A model generated the notes under the pieces. It was not told the DNA's origin. It searched no databases and worked only from the letters and a program-made list of their open reading frames with translations. Below are positions 30,618 through 40,232 of a stretch of 64,000 bases of DNA, one piece after another (position 1 is the first letter of the stretch; each line of letters begins with the position of its first letter). The DNA comes from an uncultured Verrucomicrobiae bacterium (GTDB taxonomy: Bacteria; Verrucomicrobiota; Verrucomicrobiia; Palsa-1439), in NCBI GenBank assembly GCA_963812605.1, contig CAWEWF010000004.1, positions 320,001 to 384,000 of the forward strand. The letters are read 5' to 3'. Both the position numbers and the translations under genes were made by a program.

Positions 30618-31676
30618 ATGGCCAGAGTCCTTTATGGAGTAATGGGAAATACGTTCGGGCACGTCTCCCGCGCCCTGGCTGTCGCGCGCCGATTGCCGGA
30701 ACATGAATTTCATTTTGTCGGCGGGGGTCGCGTGCCCGAAGTCTTGCGGGGTTTATATCCCGTCCTGGAAGTGCCCGTGGCGCGCACGGTTTATAAGAAA
30801 CAACGCGCTTACGTGCTGGCCACCTGCGGGCACCTCGCTCGTTGCGTGATGAACCAACCGCGCGTGCGTCAGGAGATCCTCGATCTCATCGACCGTTGGC
30901 GGCCCGACATCGCCATTTGTGATCGCGAGTTCTTCCTGCCTCATGCGGTCCGCCAGGCGGGGTTGCCGATGTTTTCGCTCGACCATTCGCATGTGCTACA
31001 GGTCTGCCGCTACAAGGTCCCTGCGTCGCAAGTGGTTTCGTGGTCGCTGTCACGCCTTGAAGATTTTCTCTTCTTCGACCACACCCGTCACAACCTGGTC
31101 ACCTCTTTTTTCCATCCCGAACTCAAGCGCCGCGGTCAAAATGAACTGCTTCCGCCAATCTTGCGACCTGCCGTGCGCGAAATTCAACCGCGGCGGGGCG
31201 ATTACGTCTTTATCTATCAATCAACGCCGACCTTTGGCGCTCTCATCGACGTCGCGCGCCAACTCCAACGACCCGCCATCGTCTACGGTTACCGCAACGA
31301 AAAGGCAGTCGAAGGCAATCTGACATTCAAACCGTTCGATCCGCGGGCCATCCTCGAAGACCTTGCGGGCAGCGCCTACGCTGTCGCCAATGCCGGCCAC
31401 AATCTTATTTGCGAGGCGCTCTACTTTGGCAAACCGCTCCTCTGCTTTCCTGTTGCGGTCAACTTCGAGCAATTTATCAACGCCTGGTACGTGCGCGAAC
31501 TCGGCTACGGCGATTTTTCGATCGGCTTCCAGCCTACCGCCGCGATGTTCGCGGATTTTGAGTCGCGCCTCGACATGTATCGCAGGAAGATTCAGGAAAC
31601 ATTCGTGGACGGCACGGAGATCGTCACCAACCGCGTCCGCGATCTTATCCGCGACTCCCACGGCGCAAAAAAATAA
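30618..31676 (+). CDS. Glycosyltransferase, MJ1255/VC2487-like (GT-B)
   Basis: RVLYGVMGNTFGHVSRALAV, ANAGHNLICEALYFGKPLLCFP..FEQFINA. Confidence 0.85.
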   Translation: MARVLYGVMGNTFGHVSRALAVARRLPEHEFHFVGGGRVPEVLRGLYPVLEVPVARTVYKKQRAYVLATCGHLARCVMNQPRVRQEILDLIDRWRPDIAICDREFFLPHAVRQAGLPMFSLDHSHVLQVCRYKVPASQVVSWSLSRLEDFLFFDHTRHNLVTSFFHPELKRRGQNELLPPILRPAVREIQPRRGDYVFIYQSTPTFGALIDVARQLQRPAIVYGYRNEKAVEGNLTFKPFDPRAILEDLAGSAYAVANAGHNLICEALYFGKPLLCFPVAVNFEQFINAWYVRELGYGDFSIGFQPTAAMFADFESRLDMYRRKIQETFVDGTEIVTNRVRDLIRDSHGAKK

Positions 31677-32904
31677 ATGAGCGCACCGCCAACCATCGCC
31701 TATATCTTCGAGCGTTACCCCGTGCTCTCGCAGACGTTTCTGCGGCGTGAGGTCGCGGGCGTGTGCGGCCAGGGCGTGCGCGTGGAAATCCATTCGATGC
31801 TCACGCCCAGCGCCGCCGATCGAACCCACGCGCTCGCCGACGTGCCCGTCGATTATTTCCGACTGGTGGGAAGCCGGGAAACTGGTCGTCGCCCTGCCCC
31901 GCGAACTGCTGCGCGATCCGGCATTGCTGCGCGACGGCTGGCGATTGTATCGCCGCTACCGTCCCACGAATGCCGAGAACTTCTGGAGCACTATGTGGGC
32001 TGCGATTTTTGCCATCTGCCGCGCCAGCCGCATGCGCCGTCACAAACCCGCCGTGGTTCACGGCGTCTGGGCGACCGGACCCGCCACGGCCGCCGCGATC
32101 CTGGGCCGGCTCTGCGGCATTCCGTTCAGCTTCGGCGGTCACGCCCATGATATTTACCGCCATGGCGGCGACGCATTTCTCGAACCCAAGCTCCGCGCCG
32201 CGAGTTTCGTGCACACAACCACCGCGGCCGGCGCCACGTATTTGCGAGAACACGCGCGTGGCGCGGCAGTGAAGATCATTCTCGCGCGCCGCGGTCTGGA
32301 TCGGCTTCCCCGAAAATCCGCTCGCGATACCGCAACGCGACCAATCCACCTGCTTTCCGTCGGCCGTCTCGTCCCGAAGAAGGGACACGACCACCAACTC
32401 GCTGCTTGCGCCTTGTTGAAGTCGCGGGGCGTGCCATTCGCCTTGAGAATTGTTGGTGACGGCCCATTGCGGGACGAATTACAACGACGGATCGACCACG
32501 ATGAACTCGGCAGTTTGGTCACGCTCTGCGGTGCGCTGTCTCCCGAACACGTCGAAGAAGAGTACCGGTGGGCGGACATTTTTTGGCACACCGGGGTGAT
32601 CGACCCGCAAGGTGACCGCGATGGTATTCCAAATGTGATCCCCGAAGCGTTCGCTCATTGCCTGCCCGTGATCTCCAGCCGTACAGCGGGACCGATGGAA
32701 GCGGTAGAACACGAAACGACCGGGCTGGTCGTGGATGTATCCGACGCCACGGAATTGGCGGGCGCGGTGAAACGTCTCGCCGGCGACCCGGCACTGCGCC
32801 AGCGGCTTGGTGAAAATGGCCGGCGCTGGGTCGAGGAGCATTTCTTGATTGCCCAAAACGCCGCAACATTGGCACGCGCTTTCCATGATGTTTCCCAACG
32901 ATAA
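31677..32904 (+). CDS. Glycosyltransferase family 4, WcaL-like (frameshift near 31860)
   Basis: IAYIFERYPVLSQTFLRREV, then the shifted frame gives FSFGGHAHDIY, SVGRLVPKKG and GDRDGIPNVIPEA. Confidence 0.85.
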
Positions 32905-33562
32905 ACACGCCGCGATCTCGTTTACCTTCGACGATGGCAGTCGCGAGCACTTCGACATGGCCGTGCCGCTGCTGAATGAATTCGGCTTCAAGGCAACGTT
33001 CTTCGTGATCGCCGGCCTGACTCGCGAGAATAAGAGCGATCCGCTCGTGGCCAATCGCCGCCGCGATTGGTGGGCGGAGGTAAGCTGGCAGGAATGGCGC
33101 AGCGCCGCGAACCAGGGCCATGAGATCGGCAATCACTCCCTGACCCATCCCGTTTTGACCCGCTTACGGGAAACGCAACGGTTGGGCGCGGAAGTCGTCG
33201 AAAGCGCGCGCCTCATCGAAGAAAAAATCGGGCAATGGCCGGCGAGCTTCGCATATCCGTACAACAAATCGAACACGACTGTGCGCGAATTGGTTCTCCA
33301 GCATCATCAGGCCGTGAGGGAAGAGCGGATTCGTTACGGCAGCCCCGGCTTTACCCTGGCCAAAGCGAATCGTCTGATTGACCGCGCCATTCGCAAAGGA
33401 GTTTGGGTTGTCTCCATGATTCACGGGATCGGTCGCGGTTACGATCCGCTCGATCCCGACCTGCTTCGCCAGCATCTCCAATACATAAAGGCCCGCGAAG
33501 CTGAAGTTTTGGTTGATACGTTCGGCGCTGTCAGCGCCTGGGTCAAACGGACTTCGGCTTGA
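32885..33562 (+). CDS. Polysaccharide deacetylase (CE4/NodB)
   Basis: ISFTFDDG, GHEIGNHSLTHP, FAYPY. Confidence 0.9.
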   Translation: MMFPNDKHAAISFTFDDGSREHFDMAVPLLNEFGFKATFFVIAGLTRENKSDPLVANRRRDWWAEVSWQEWRSAANQGHEIGNHSLTHPVLTRLRETQRLGAEVVESARLIEEKIGQWPASFAYPYNKSNTTVRELVLQHHQAVREERIRYGSPGFTLAKANRLIDRAIRKGVWVVSMIHGIGRGYDPLDPDLLRQHLQYIKAREAEVLVDTFGAVSAWVKRTSA

Positions 33563-34760
33563 GTCCCGCCTTCTTCATGGCCAACTTGAGCGCTTCGCCA
33601 AAGCGGTCGAGTTGTTCCCGGGTATGCAGCGCCGTCGCTGCGGCGCGAATCAGGTCTTTGCCGGGCGGCACGCCCGGGGCAATCGACATCACCGTGAAAA
33701 AACCCTCGTCCCACAGCGCCTTCCACATCCAATAACACTTCTCCTTGTCGCCGACGACGATCGGCAACGCCGGCGTCGGGCTCTGCCAGTAATCGAGACC
33801 CAGGCCTTCCACGATGTCGCGCAAATAATGATGGTTGGCCCACAATCGCTCCCGATGCTCCGGTTCTTCCTGGATCACCTGCAACGCCGCGAGGGCGCTT
33901 GCCGCCGCCGGGGGACTGATGGCCGCGCTGAAAATAATCTGTCGCGAACTGCTGCGCAGATACTCGATCAACGCCTTGCTTCCCGCCACGAATCCCCCGG
34001 TGCTCGCCAGCGACTTCGAAAAACTGCCCGCAATCAAATCCACGCGCTCCGTCACTCCGAGTTGATCGCACACGCCGCGCCCGTCACGGCCGAGAATCCC
34101 AAAGCCGTGGGCATCGTCCACGACCATCGCCGCGCCGTATTGCCCGGCCAGGTCGCACAATCGCGGGAGTGACGCGATATGCCCCTCCATCGAGTACACG
34201 CCGTCCACCGCGATGGCCTTGGCCTGTTTCGCGTCGAGATGTTCGAGCAGTTGCGCCAGCGAGTCCATGTCCTCGTGCGCGAACCGTTCGATCTTTGCGC
34301 CGCTCAGCAATGCGCCGTCCCACAGCGATGAATGAATGCTGGGATCGACGATCAGGACGTCGTCGCGCTGGACCAAAGAACTTAAACTGCACATGCAAGC
34401 CAGATAACCCGCCGAAGTGACGTGGCACGCCTCCTTGCCGAGGAATGCCGCCAGCGCTTCCTCCAATTCAATGTGGTACGCGCGGCTGCCGTTGGCCAGT
34501 CGCGAACCGCACGAGCTGGCACCCCAGACGTCGAGCGCCTTCTTCGCCGCGGCCACGACCTTCGGATGACGGATCAGGCCGAGGTACTCGTTGGTGGACA
34601 TCATCACCATCGGCCGGCCCTCGACCATGATGTTCACGCCGTCGGCGGAATCGATGACGCGGTAATATGGCGCATACTTCAGCCGCAACCGCGTATTCAC
34701 GTCCGACTCGCACCGCTCAATGATGGGTTTGGACTTGCGAGAAAACAAAACTCGACACAC
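33543..34760 (-). CDS. spt: PLP-dependent alpha-oxoamine synthase, serine palmitoyltransferase-like
   Basis: PYYRVIDS...STNEYLGL, SCGSRLANGS, IHSSLWDG, DGVYSMEG, VDDAHGFG and GSFSKSLASTGG. The FSKS(L)AS and GSRxxNG motifs resemble bacterial SPT more than BioF/KBL (LSKA/LGKA). Confidence 0.7.
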   Translation of the reverse strand: MCRVLFSRKSKPIIERCESDVNTRLRLKYAPYYRVIDSADGVNIMVEGRPMVMMSTNEYLGLIRHPKVVAAAKKALDVWGASSCGSRLANGSRAYHIELEEALAAFLGKEACHVTSAGYLACMCSLSSLVQRDDVLIVDPSIHSSLWDGALLSGAKIERFAHEDMDSLAQLLEHLDAKQAKAIAVDGVYSMEGHIASLPRLCDLAGQYGAAMVVDDAHGFGILGRDGRGVCDQLGVTERVDLIAGSFSKSLASTGGFVAGSKALIEYLRSSSRQIIFSAAISPPAAASALAALQVIQEEPEHRERLWANHHYLRDIVEGLGLDYWQSPTPALPIVVGDKEKCYWMWKALWDEGFFTVMSIAPGVPPGKDLIRAAATALHTREQLDRFGEALKLAMKKAGLKPKSV

Positions 34761-34941
34761 TCCTTTGCCTTCGCGCGAAGCTAATAGAACGTCCCCCGCC
34801 AGTCAAGTCAGGCGGAGGTCGGTAGTGGGCCGGTCAAATATGTGCCCCTCCAAGGAAGGGACGAAGGGCTGGGGCTTCTTGTCCTCGGTAGCTTTAGCAG
34901 AGAGGAGTGCTTCTCTTCCCAGATCTCCCATCCGGAGTCCA

Positions 34942-34965
34942 TGTAGCCGCAGGCTTTAGCCTGCG
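34942..34965. repeat. GTAG-type REP hairpin
   Basis: gtagccgcaggctttagcctgcg. Confidence 0.5.
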
Positions 34966-35139
34966 TTCGCACGCTTCCTGGAATTGTTGGACTCTATTCG
35001 GCTCGTGTGCTATTTGAGTGTGTTGCATACTGGTTCTTGCGGCCGTCCACTCGATGAAAGAAGATCCAGTCGATTGCTGCGTGTCTCGCTCTGGCGGGTC
35101 ACTGACTTTAGGCGCTAGGCCACAAACGCTTTTTTGGTT

Positions 35140-35382
35140 ATGAAAGATCACATTGTTGCCGATGGAGCGGAGAGGTCGCGGAAAAGCCCGGAGTTTCAGG
35201 GACGCCTGCGGGAATTGCACAAATCTATTCGAGCGCGACACGCCGCGGAGTTGGCCACGGCTGGTTTTTTTCGCCGTCTTGTTTTACGCTGGCGCATCGC
35301 TTCGGAGTATCGTCGAGAGCGCCGGAGGGTTGTTCCGTCACCTCATTCACTTTACGCCGGACATCTTTTAGGGAGGTTTTGA
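35140..35382 (+). CDS. Small basic hypothetical protein
   Basis: 80-aa ORF directly downstream of an attC-like half site. Confidence 0.5.
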   Translation: MKDHIVADGAERSRKSPEFQGRLRELHKSIRARHAAELATAGFFRRLVLRWRIASEYRRERRRVVPSPHSLYAGHLLGRF

Positions 35383-35610
35383 GTGATGAACGATTCGTGG
35401 CCTATTCCCCAGGATTTTTCCGATGCCCTGAAAGAAAGCGGGCTGGATGAGTTCTTTTCGGCCTACGCGGTTTCACACCGTCGAGAATATCTGAAGTGGA
35501 TTACCGAAGCCAAACGACCGGAGACGCGAAAGCAAAGAATCCAGAAAGCGGTGAAAATGCTTTCCGCCAAGCGCGTCGAAAAGGCTGCTCGCTCGAAGAA
35601 AAAAGCCTGA
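35383..35610 (+). CDS. YdeI/OmpD-associated family protein
   Basis: IPQDFSDAL...SHRREYLKWITEAKRPETRKQRIQKAVKML. Confidence 0.85.
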   Translation: MMNDSWPIPQDFSDALKESGLDEFFSAYAVSHRREYLKWITEAKRPETRKQRIQKAVKMLSAKRVEKAARSKKKA

Positions 35611-35691
35611 CATCGCACTGGTTGCGCCTTTCGTTCCACTACCGCAGGCTTGCCTTCGACTACGGCATGGTTTAGCTTTGAGCCGTTGGAC
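35605..35691 (+). other. Degenerate attC-like site
   Basis: GCCTGAC (R''-like, contains the stop codon) ... ggtttagctttgagccGTTGGAC (GTTRRRY), 9 nt before the next ATG. Confidence 0.4.
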
Positions 35692-35700
35692 GGAAGAAGC

Positions 35701-36234
35701 ATGAATACGGACAAGATTCCGTTGTCACTAAAGGTTGTTGCGTGGCTCTCCATTCTTTCGGGCATGGTCGGCATCGTCGAGATGATAATCATGCTCGCAC
35801 ATGGTCATTTCGTAATTAGTTGGGGCATTCTTCTAGTTTTAGCTGGCAGAGGACTGCTTCATTTGCAGCGTGGATGGCGAACGTTCACTTTGGTGCTCGC
35901 GTGGCTTTCCCTGCTTGTCTGGCCCTTCGCAGGCATTTGGTTCGCTTTGCATCCTAGCGCCGTCCGCGAGGAGATTCCAATGATGTTCGCCGGCCAGACC
36001 GTGGGTCACGTTCACTTTGCCGCCTATGCGTTATCTGTCATATTTTTCGCAGCCTATTCATTTTGGCAGCTGTGGGTGCTCACACGACCGCGTATCAAAG
36101 AGTTGTTTTTTGAAGGAAGCTTCCAGCAATTCGCTGCAGCAAATCCGGCGGCAGCCGAGATACAGGCGGACGTGAATGCAGGGCGACACGATCTCGCGCG
36201 AACCAAGCTCCAAGCATTCATGGATACGTGGTAG
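35701..36234 (+). CDS. Membrane protein (4 TM)
   Basis: Hydrophobic segments; QLWVLTRPRIKELF. Confidence 0.65.
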   Translation: MNTDKIPLSLKVVAWLSILSGMVGIVEMIIMLAHGHFVISWGILLVLAGRGLLHLQRGWRTFTLVLAWLSLLVWPFAGIWFALHPSAVREEIPMMFAGQTVGHVHFAAYALSVIFFAAYSFWQLWVLTRPRIKELFFEGSFQQFAAANPAAAEIQADVNAGRHDLARTKLQAFMDTW

Positions 36235-36237
36235 GGT

Positions 36238-37692
36238 TTGACCCACTCTCCAGCGCAGGCCGTGCGAAAGTCGTTGGCAAAGGGGCGGTTTGTCATTAAA
36301 ACTGCAACCACTTTGTCGCTGCGAGGAACCATCCTGTGGTTGATCGGCGCGCTGGCGTGCGCGCTGGGCGCCTTCGCGGAGAATGAGATCGTCTCCAACG
36401 TGGTGTCGCTCAACCAGCGTCCGCGCTACACGTTGCCGCAGTGCATCGACCGCGCGCTGGAGGACAATTCCGACATCCTGGTGGCGAAGAAGCATCTCGA
36501 AGAGGCCGCGGGCGCGATCATTGAAGCGCGCGCGGGTTACCTGCCGGCGCTCACCACCTACGCCAATTTCGAATGGCTCGAAGCCAACTACGCGACGCTG
36601 AATGGATCGGTGAGCAATCGGTCGGACATCTGGAACGTCAACATCCGCCTGACCGAAACCGTTTATGCGGGCGGCGCGGTGCGCGCCGGGATGGACATCG
36701 CGCGGTTGCAACAGCACTCGCGCACGCTCGACTACGAGGGCACGGTGAATCAGGTCATCATGGACGTGCGCATCGCCTTCTATGACATTCTGCGCAATCA
36801 ATCCGATGCCGCCGTCCACGAACAGGCCGTGAGTTTTCTATCCGAACAGGCCAAAAACGAACGCTCGCGGATGGAAGTCGGGACGGGCCAGAAGCTCAAC
36901 GTCCTCCGCGCCGAGGTGAATCTGGCCCTGGAACAGTCGGCGCTCGTCGATGCCCGCAATCGCCTGCGCAATTCCTATTTGCGACTCAGCCAACTCTTGT
37001 CGATCCCCTATTCCATCGATCAGGACGAAATCCCCTTTGATATCGAGGGGACGCTGGCTTACGAGAAAACCGCGCTCGAACTGGACGATTGTCTTTCGCG
37101 CGCGCTCGCGCAACGCCCCGAACTCACCGCCCGGGAAAACGACATCAACGTCCAGAAGAAACAACTGATCGTCGATCGCAGCGCGGTGCTGCCGCACGTC
37201 AGCCTGTTTGCCGGTTACGATGTCGTCAGCGAACCTGACCGCACGCAGTCAGCGGACCATTACGACGGTTATCTGGCGGGTGTCTCGGTCAGTTGGCAGT
37301 TGTTCGACGGTTTCGCCGCGCGGGGCCGCATGAACGCCACCCGCGCCCGCGTCGAAGCCGCCGAGATTTCCCATGACGCGGTTTATCGCAACATCGAGAC
37401 CGATGTGTTGCTCGCTTATCGCGACCTGCAACGGTCCGAGGAAAACATCCAGACGCAAACGGCCAACGTGCAACTCGCCACCGATTCCCTGAAACTTGCC
37501 ACGGCGAACTTTGGCCTCGGGCTGACAAGCCAATTGGAACTCCTGCAGAGCCAGTTGGACCTGACGCGTGCGCAGGTAGCGGAATTGTCGGCGCGATACG
37601 AATACAACGCCGCGCTGGCGCGGTTGGAGCGCGCCATGGGCACCCACTTTCAAATCACCGACGCCCGTTCCACGGGTAAAGGCGGCCCATGA
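36238..37692 (+). CDS. TolC family outer membrane efflux protein
   Basis: TLPQCIDRALEDN, EARAGYLPAL, ALAQRPEL, GVSVSWQLFDG, YEYNAALARLERAMG. Confidence 0.9.
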   Translation: MTHSPAQAVRKSLAKGRFVIKTATTLSLRGTILWLIGALACALGAFAENEIVSNVVSLNQRPRYTLPQCIDRALEDNSDILVAKKHLEEAAGAIIEARAGYLPALTTYANFEWLEANYATLNGSVSNRSDIWNVNIRLTETVYAGGAVRAGMDIARLQQHSRTLDYEGTVNQVIMDVRIAFYDILRNQSDAAVHEQAVSFLSEQAKNERSRMEVGTGQKLNVLRAEVNLALEQSALVDARNRLRNSYLRLSQLLSIPYSIDQDEIPFDIEGTLAYEKTALELDDCLSRALAQRPELTARENDINVQKKQLIVDRSAVLPHVSLFAGYDVVSEPDRTQSADHYDGYLAGVSVSWQLFDGFAARGRMNATRARVEAAEISHDAVYRNIETDVLLAYRDLQRSEENIQTQTANVQLATDSLKLATANFGLGLTSQLELLQSQLDLTRAQVAELSARYEYNAALARLERAMGTHFQITDARSTGKGGP

Positions 37693-39053
37693 GATGCGGA
37701 TGCTACAAAACTTGCATTCTGCTTCTCGTGCTTTGCGTCGCACAAACCTCGCTGGCGCAAATCGAGAAACAGGCGGAGACATATGACCTGACCTTGGAAG
37801 ACTGCCTGGTGTCAACGCTGACGGGGAACCCGGAGATCCAGCAGTTGCGGGTGGATGTCGAACGCGCGGCGGGCACCAGGCTCATATTTCGTTCGCGCGC
37901 GCTGCCGCAACTGGCTGCGCAAACCGAGGATGGCTGGCGGGGAGACCCGTTATACCCTCCCGCGGGCCTGTTCAGCATTGTCACCGCGCAGTTTTCCCAA
38001 CCACTCTTCGACGCGGGGATTCCGCCGTCACTTCGTCGCGGCCGATTGGAAGTCACCCTCGCCCAACAAAATCTCAATCGCGCAGTGACGGATCGCTTGC
38101 ACGAAGCCCGTCTTCTTTTTTTGCAAGCGCTGTATTTCCGCGATCTCGTCGCCGTGCATGAGGAACTCGGCAAGCATCTCCAGGCCAACGTGCAGAGCGA
38201 GCAACAGCGCCGCGACGTCGGTGCCGGTAATGAAGCGGCCTTGAAATGGGCGAAGATCCAACAACTGAACCTGGAATTTGCTCTCGCCAATCTGCGAAAT
38301 GCCCACTTTTCCACGGTGACGCGGATCGCCGAGGTATGCGGACGCGATTCGAGCCAGGGCACGAATGGCACACGGCGGTTATGGCTGCCAAAACCGGTCG
38401 GGGCCCTGCGCTACGAACCAGTGAAGATGGATCTGGCGCAGGAATCCGCCGACGCGCTGCAGCAGCGTGCCGACCTGAAATTGTTGCAGGCGCTTGTCGA
38501 CGCGACCGCCGCCGACAAGCAGACTGTTCGAGCGCAGTATCTTCCTGTGGTATCACTCGTGGCGTCGGGGTTGTTCGTTCCCCAGAACCTCCTGGTGAGC
38601 AAGCAGACCGATATCGTGCCCGGGCAGGACACACGCACAAGCGAACTGGAAGCCGGGGTGGCGTTGACCTGGCGTGTCATCGACAACGGACAGGTCATTG
38701 GCGCGAGCCACCGGCTGGAAGCCACGCAAGAGGCGTACGAGACCCTGCTGTTCAAGCTGGAGCAAAACATCCCGCGCGAACTCGCGACCATCCAGGGCGC
38801 CTGGCAAAGCGCGGACGCGCGCCGCGAAGCATTCCTCAAGTCCGTTGAGTCCGCCGAGGAGAATCTCCGGTTGATCGAAGCACAGGTTTCGCTGGGCCAG
38901 GCCACGCAGTTTGATTTTTTGAAGGCGCAAAGCAACCTGCTGGCCGTGCGCGCCGGCCTCCTGGAGGCAACGTACGCCTGCGAAGGGGCTCGGGCTGAAT
39001 TGGACCATGCCACCGGCCGCTATTTGCAATACGTCGCCGCCCCCGCGCCATGA
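37689..39053 (+). CDS. Second TolC family protein
   Basis: LTLEDCL...NPEI, FSQPLFDAG, ALQQRADL, AELDHATG; 4-bp overlap with the first TolC. Confidence 0.85.
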   Translation: MRCGCYKTCILLLVLCVAQTSLAQIEKQAETYDLTLEDCLVSTLTGNPEIQQLRVDVERAAGTRLIFRSRALPQLAAQTEDGWRGDPLYPPAGLFSIVTAQFSQPLFDAGIPPSLRRGRLEVTLAQQNLNRAVTDRLHEARLLFLQALYFRDLVAVHEELGKHLQANVQSEQQRRDVGAGNEAALKWAKIQQLNLEFALANLRNAHFSTVTRIAEVCGRDSSQGTNGTRRLWLPKPVGALRYEPVKMDLAQESADALQQRADLKLLQALVDATAADKQTVRAQYLPVVSLVASGLFVPQNLLVSKQTDIVPGQDTRTSELEAGVALTWRVIDNGQVIGASHRLEATQEAYETLLFKLEQNIPRELATIQGAWQSADARREAFLKSVESAEENLRLIEAQVSLGQATQFDFLKAQSNLLAVRAGLLEATYACEGARAELDHATGRYLQYVAAPAP

Positions 39054-39106
39054 GGGCACTTGCGTTGTCAGAGAGGCGTGATTAGTATCCCTCCGTCGTT
39101 TTCACG

Positions 39107-40225
39107 ATGAAAAAAATTGTCATTCTGGCGGCGCTCATCGTTTCGGCTACAGCCGTAATCCTCTACGGCATGTGGGCTTCCCGCCCGGCCGCGGAGGTGT
39201 ATGTCGCGCAACGCGGCACGGCTATTTCCGCGGTGTATGGCACGGTGAAAGTCGTGGCCTCCCTGACCATGAATGTTCGCGCGCGCAATAGCGGTACGAT
39301 CCGTTTTTCCGATCGCATCGCCACGAATACGATTGTTGGGCTGGTGGTTACGCAAGGTGAATTGCTCGCCACCATTGCCAACGAAGACCTCGACCGCGAA
39401 GTCGCCAAGGCCGAGTCGGATTTGAAGGCCGCCGAGGAGCGACGGAGAATCGGCCCGTCCGGTCAGCCGCCGCTTAATACACAAGAGGCCTTGCTGACGC
39501 GGTTGGAAAAACTGGCGCAAATGCAAAACGTGCCCGCAGCGGATCTCGAGCGGACCCGCAATGAGGTGCAAGCCCTGCGCGAACGCGTGCGCGTTGAGCA
39601 ACTGGAACTCGACCAGCAGGTGGCGGTCTATCGTGACCAGGCCGGGGTGTTGCACGACCGCAAAGCGCACTGCCTGATCACGTCGCCGATCGAAGGCTAT
39701 CTCAATAACGTCAACTGCCTCAACGGTGAGTTCATCGGCGACGGCAGCACGCCGTTCGTCGTCGCAACCGTGGCCACGTATCTCGAGGGCCAGATCAACG
39801 AAGAGGACGTCGGCCAGGTGGCGCCGGGGATGAAGGCCGCCGTGCGGCTCTACTCCTACGCCAATCAGGATTTTGCCGCCACCGTTGCCCAGATTCTTCC
39901 CACGGCGAACAACCAGCGCTATACGATCACCCTGACACTGGACAAGGCGCCGCCCAATCTGATGTCGGGCATGACGGGTGAGATGAACATCGTCGCCGGC
40001 AAACGCGAGGATGCGCTGATCATCCCATCGCGGGCGGTACTGGCTGACCACGTGTTCGTCGTCAAGGACAACGTGGTAAAGCCGCGCGCCGTGAAGATCG
40101 GTTTTCGCAATCTCGAACGCACGGAGATCCTGGAGGGATTGAAGGAAGGCGAGCAGGTGGTCGTCGCCGACCAGGATTTGTTCCGACCCGGCCAGCGCGT
40201 CCGCGCCATCACCACCAACCGGTAG
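39107..40225 (+). CDS. Efflux periplasmic adaptor (MFP)
   Basis: ITSPIEG, INEEDVGQVAPG, GMTGEMNI, VKIGFRNLERTEILEGLKEGEQVV. Confidence 0.9.
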   Translation: MKKIVILAALIVSATAVILYGMWASRPAAEVYVAQRGTAISAVYGTVKVVASLTMNVRARNSGTIRFSDRIATNTIVGLVVTQGELLATIANEDLDREVAKAESDLKAAEERRRIGPSGQPPLNTQEALLTRLEKLAQMQNVPAADLERTRNEVQALRERVRVEQLELDQQVAVYRDQAGVLHDRKAHCLITSPIEGYLNNVNCLNGEFIGDGSTPFVVATVATYLEGQINEEDVGQVAPGMKAAVRLYSYANQDFAATVAQILPTANNQRYTITLTLDKAPPNLMSGMTGEMNIVAGKREDALIIPSRAVLADHVFVVKDNVVKPRAVKIGFRNLERTEILEGLKEGEQVVVADQDLFRPGQRVRAITTNR

Positions 40226-40232
40226 CTTTCGC

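Noticed and set aside
33543-34760. BioF (biotin synthesis) assignment
   Set aside because: No bio genes lie nearby and the motifs (PYYR, GSRxxNG, FSKSLAS) fit SPT-like enzymes better. It is not formally excluded without a phylogeny.
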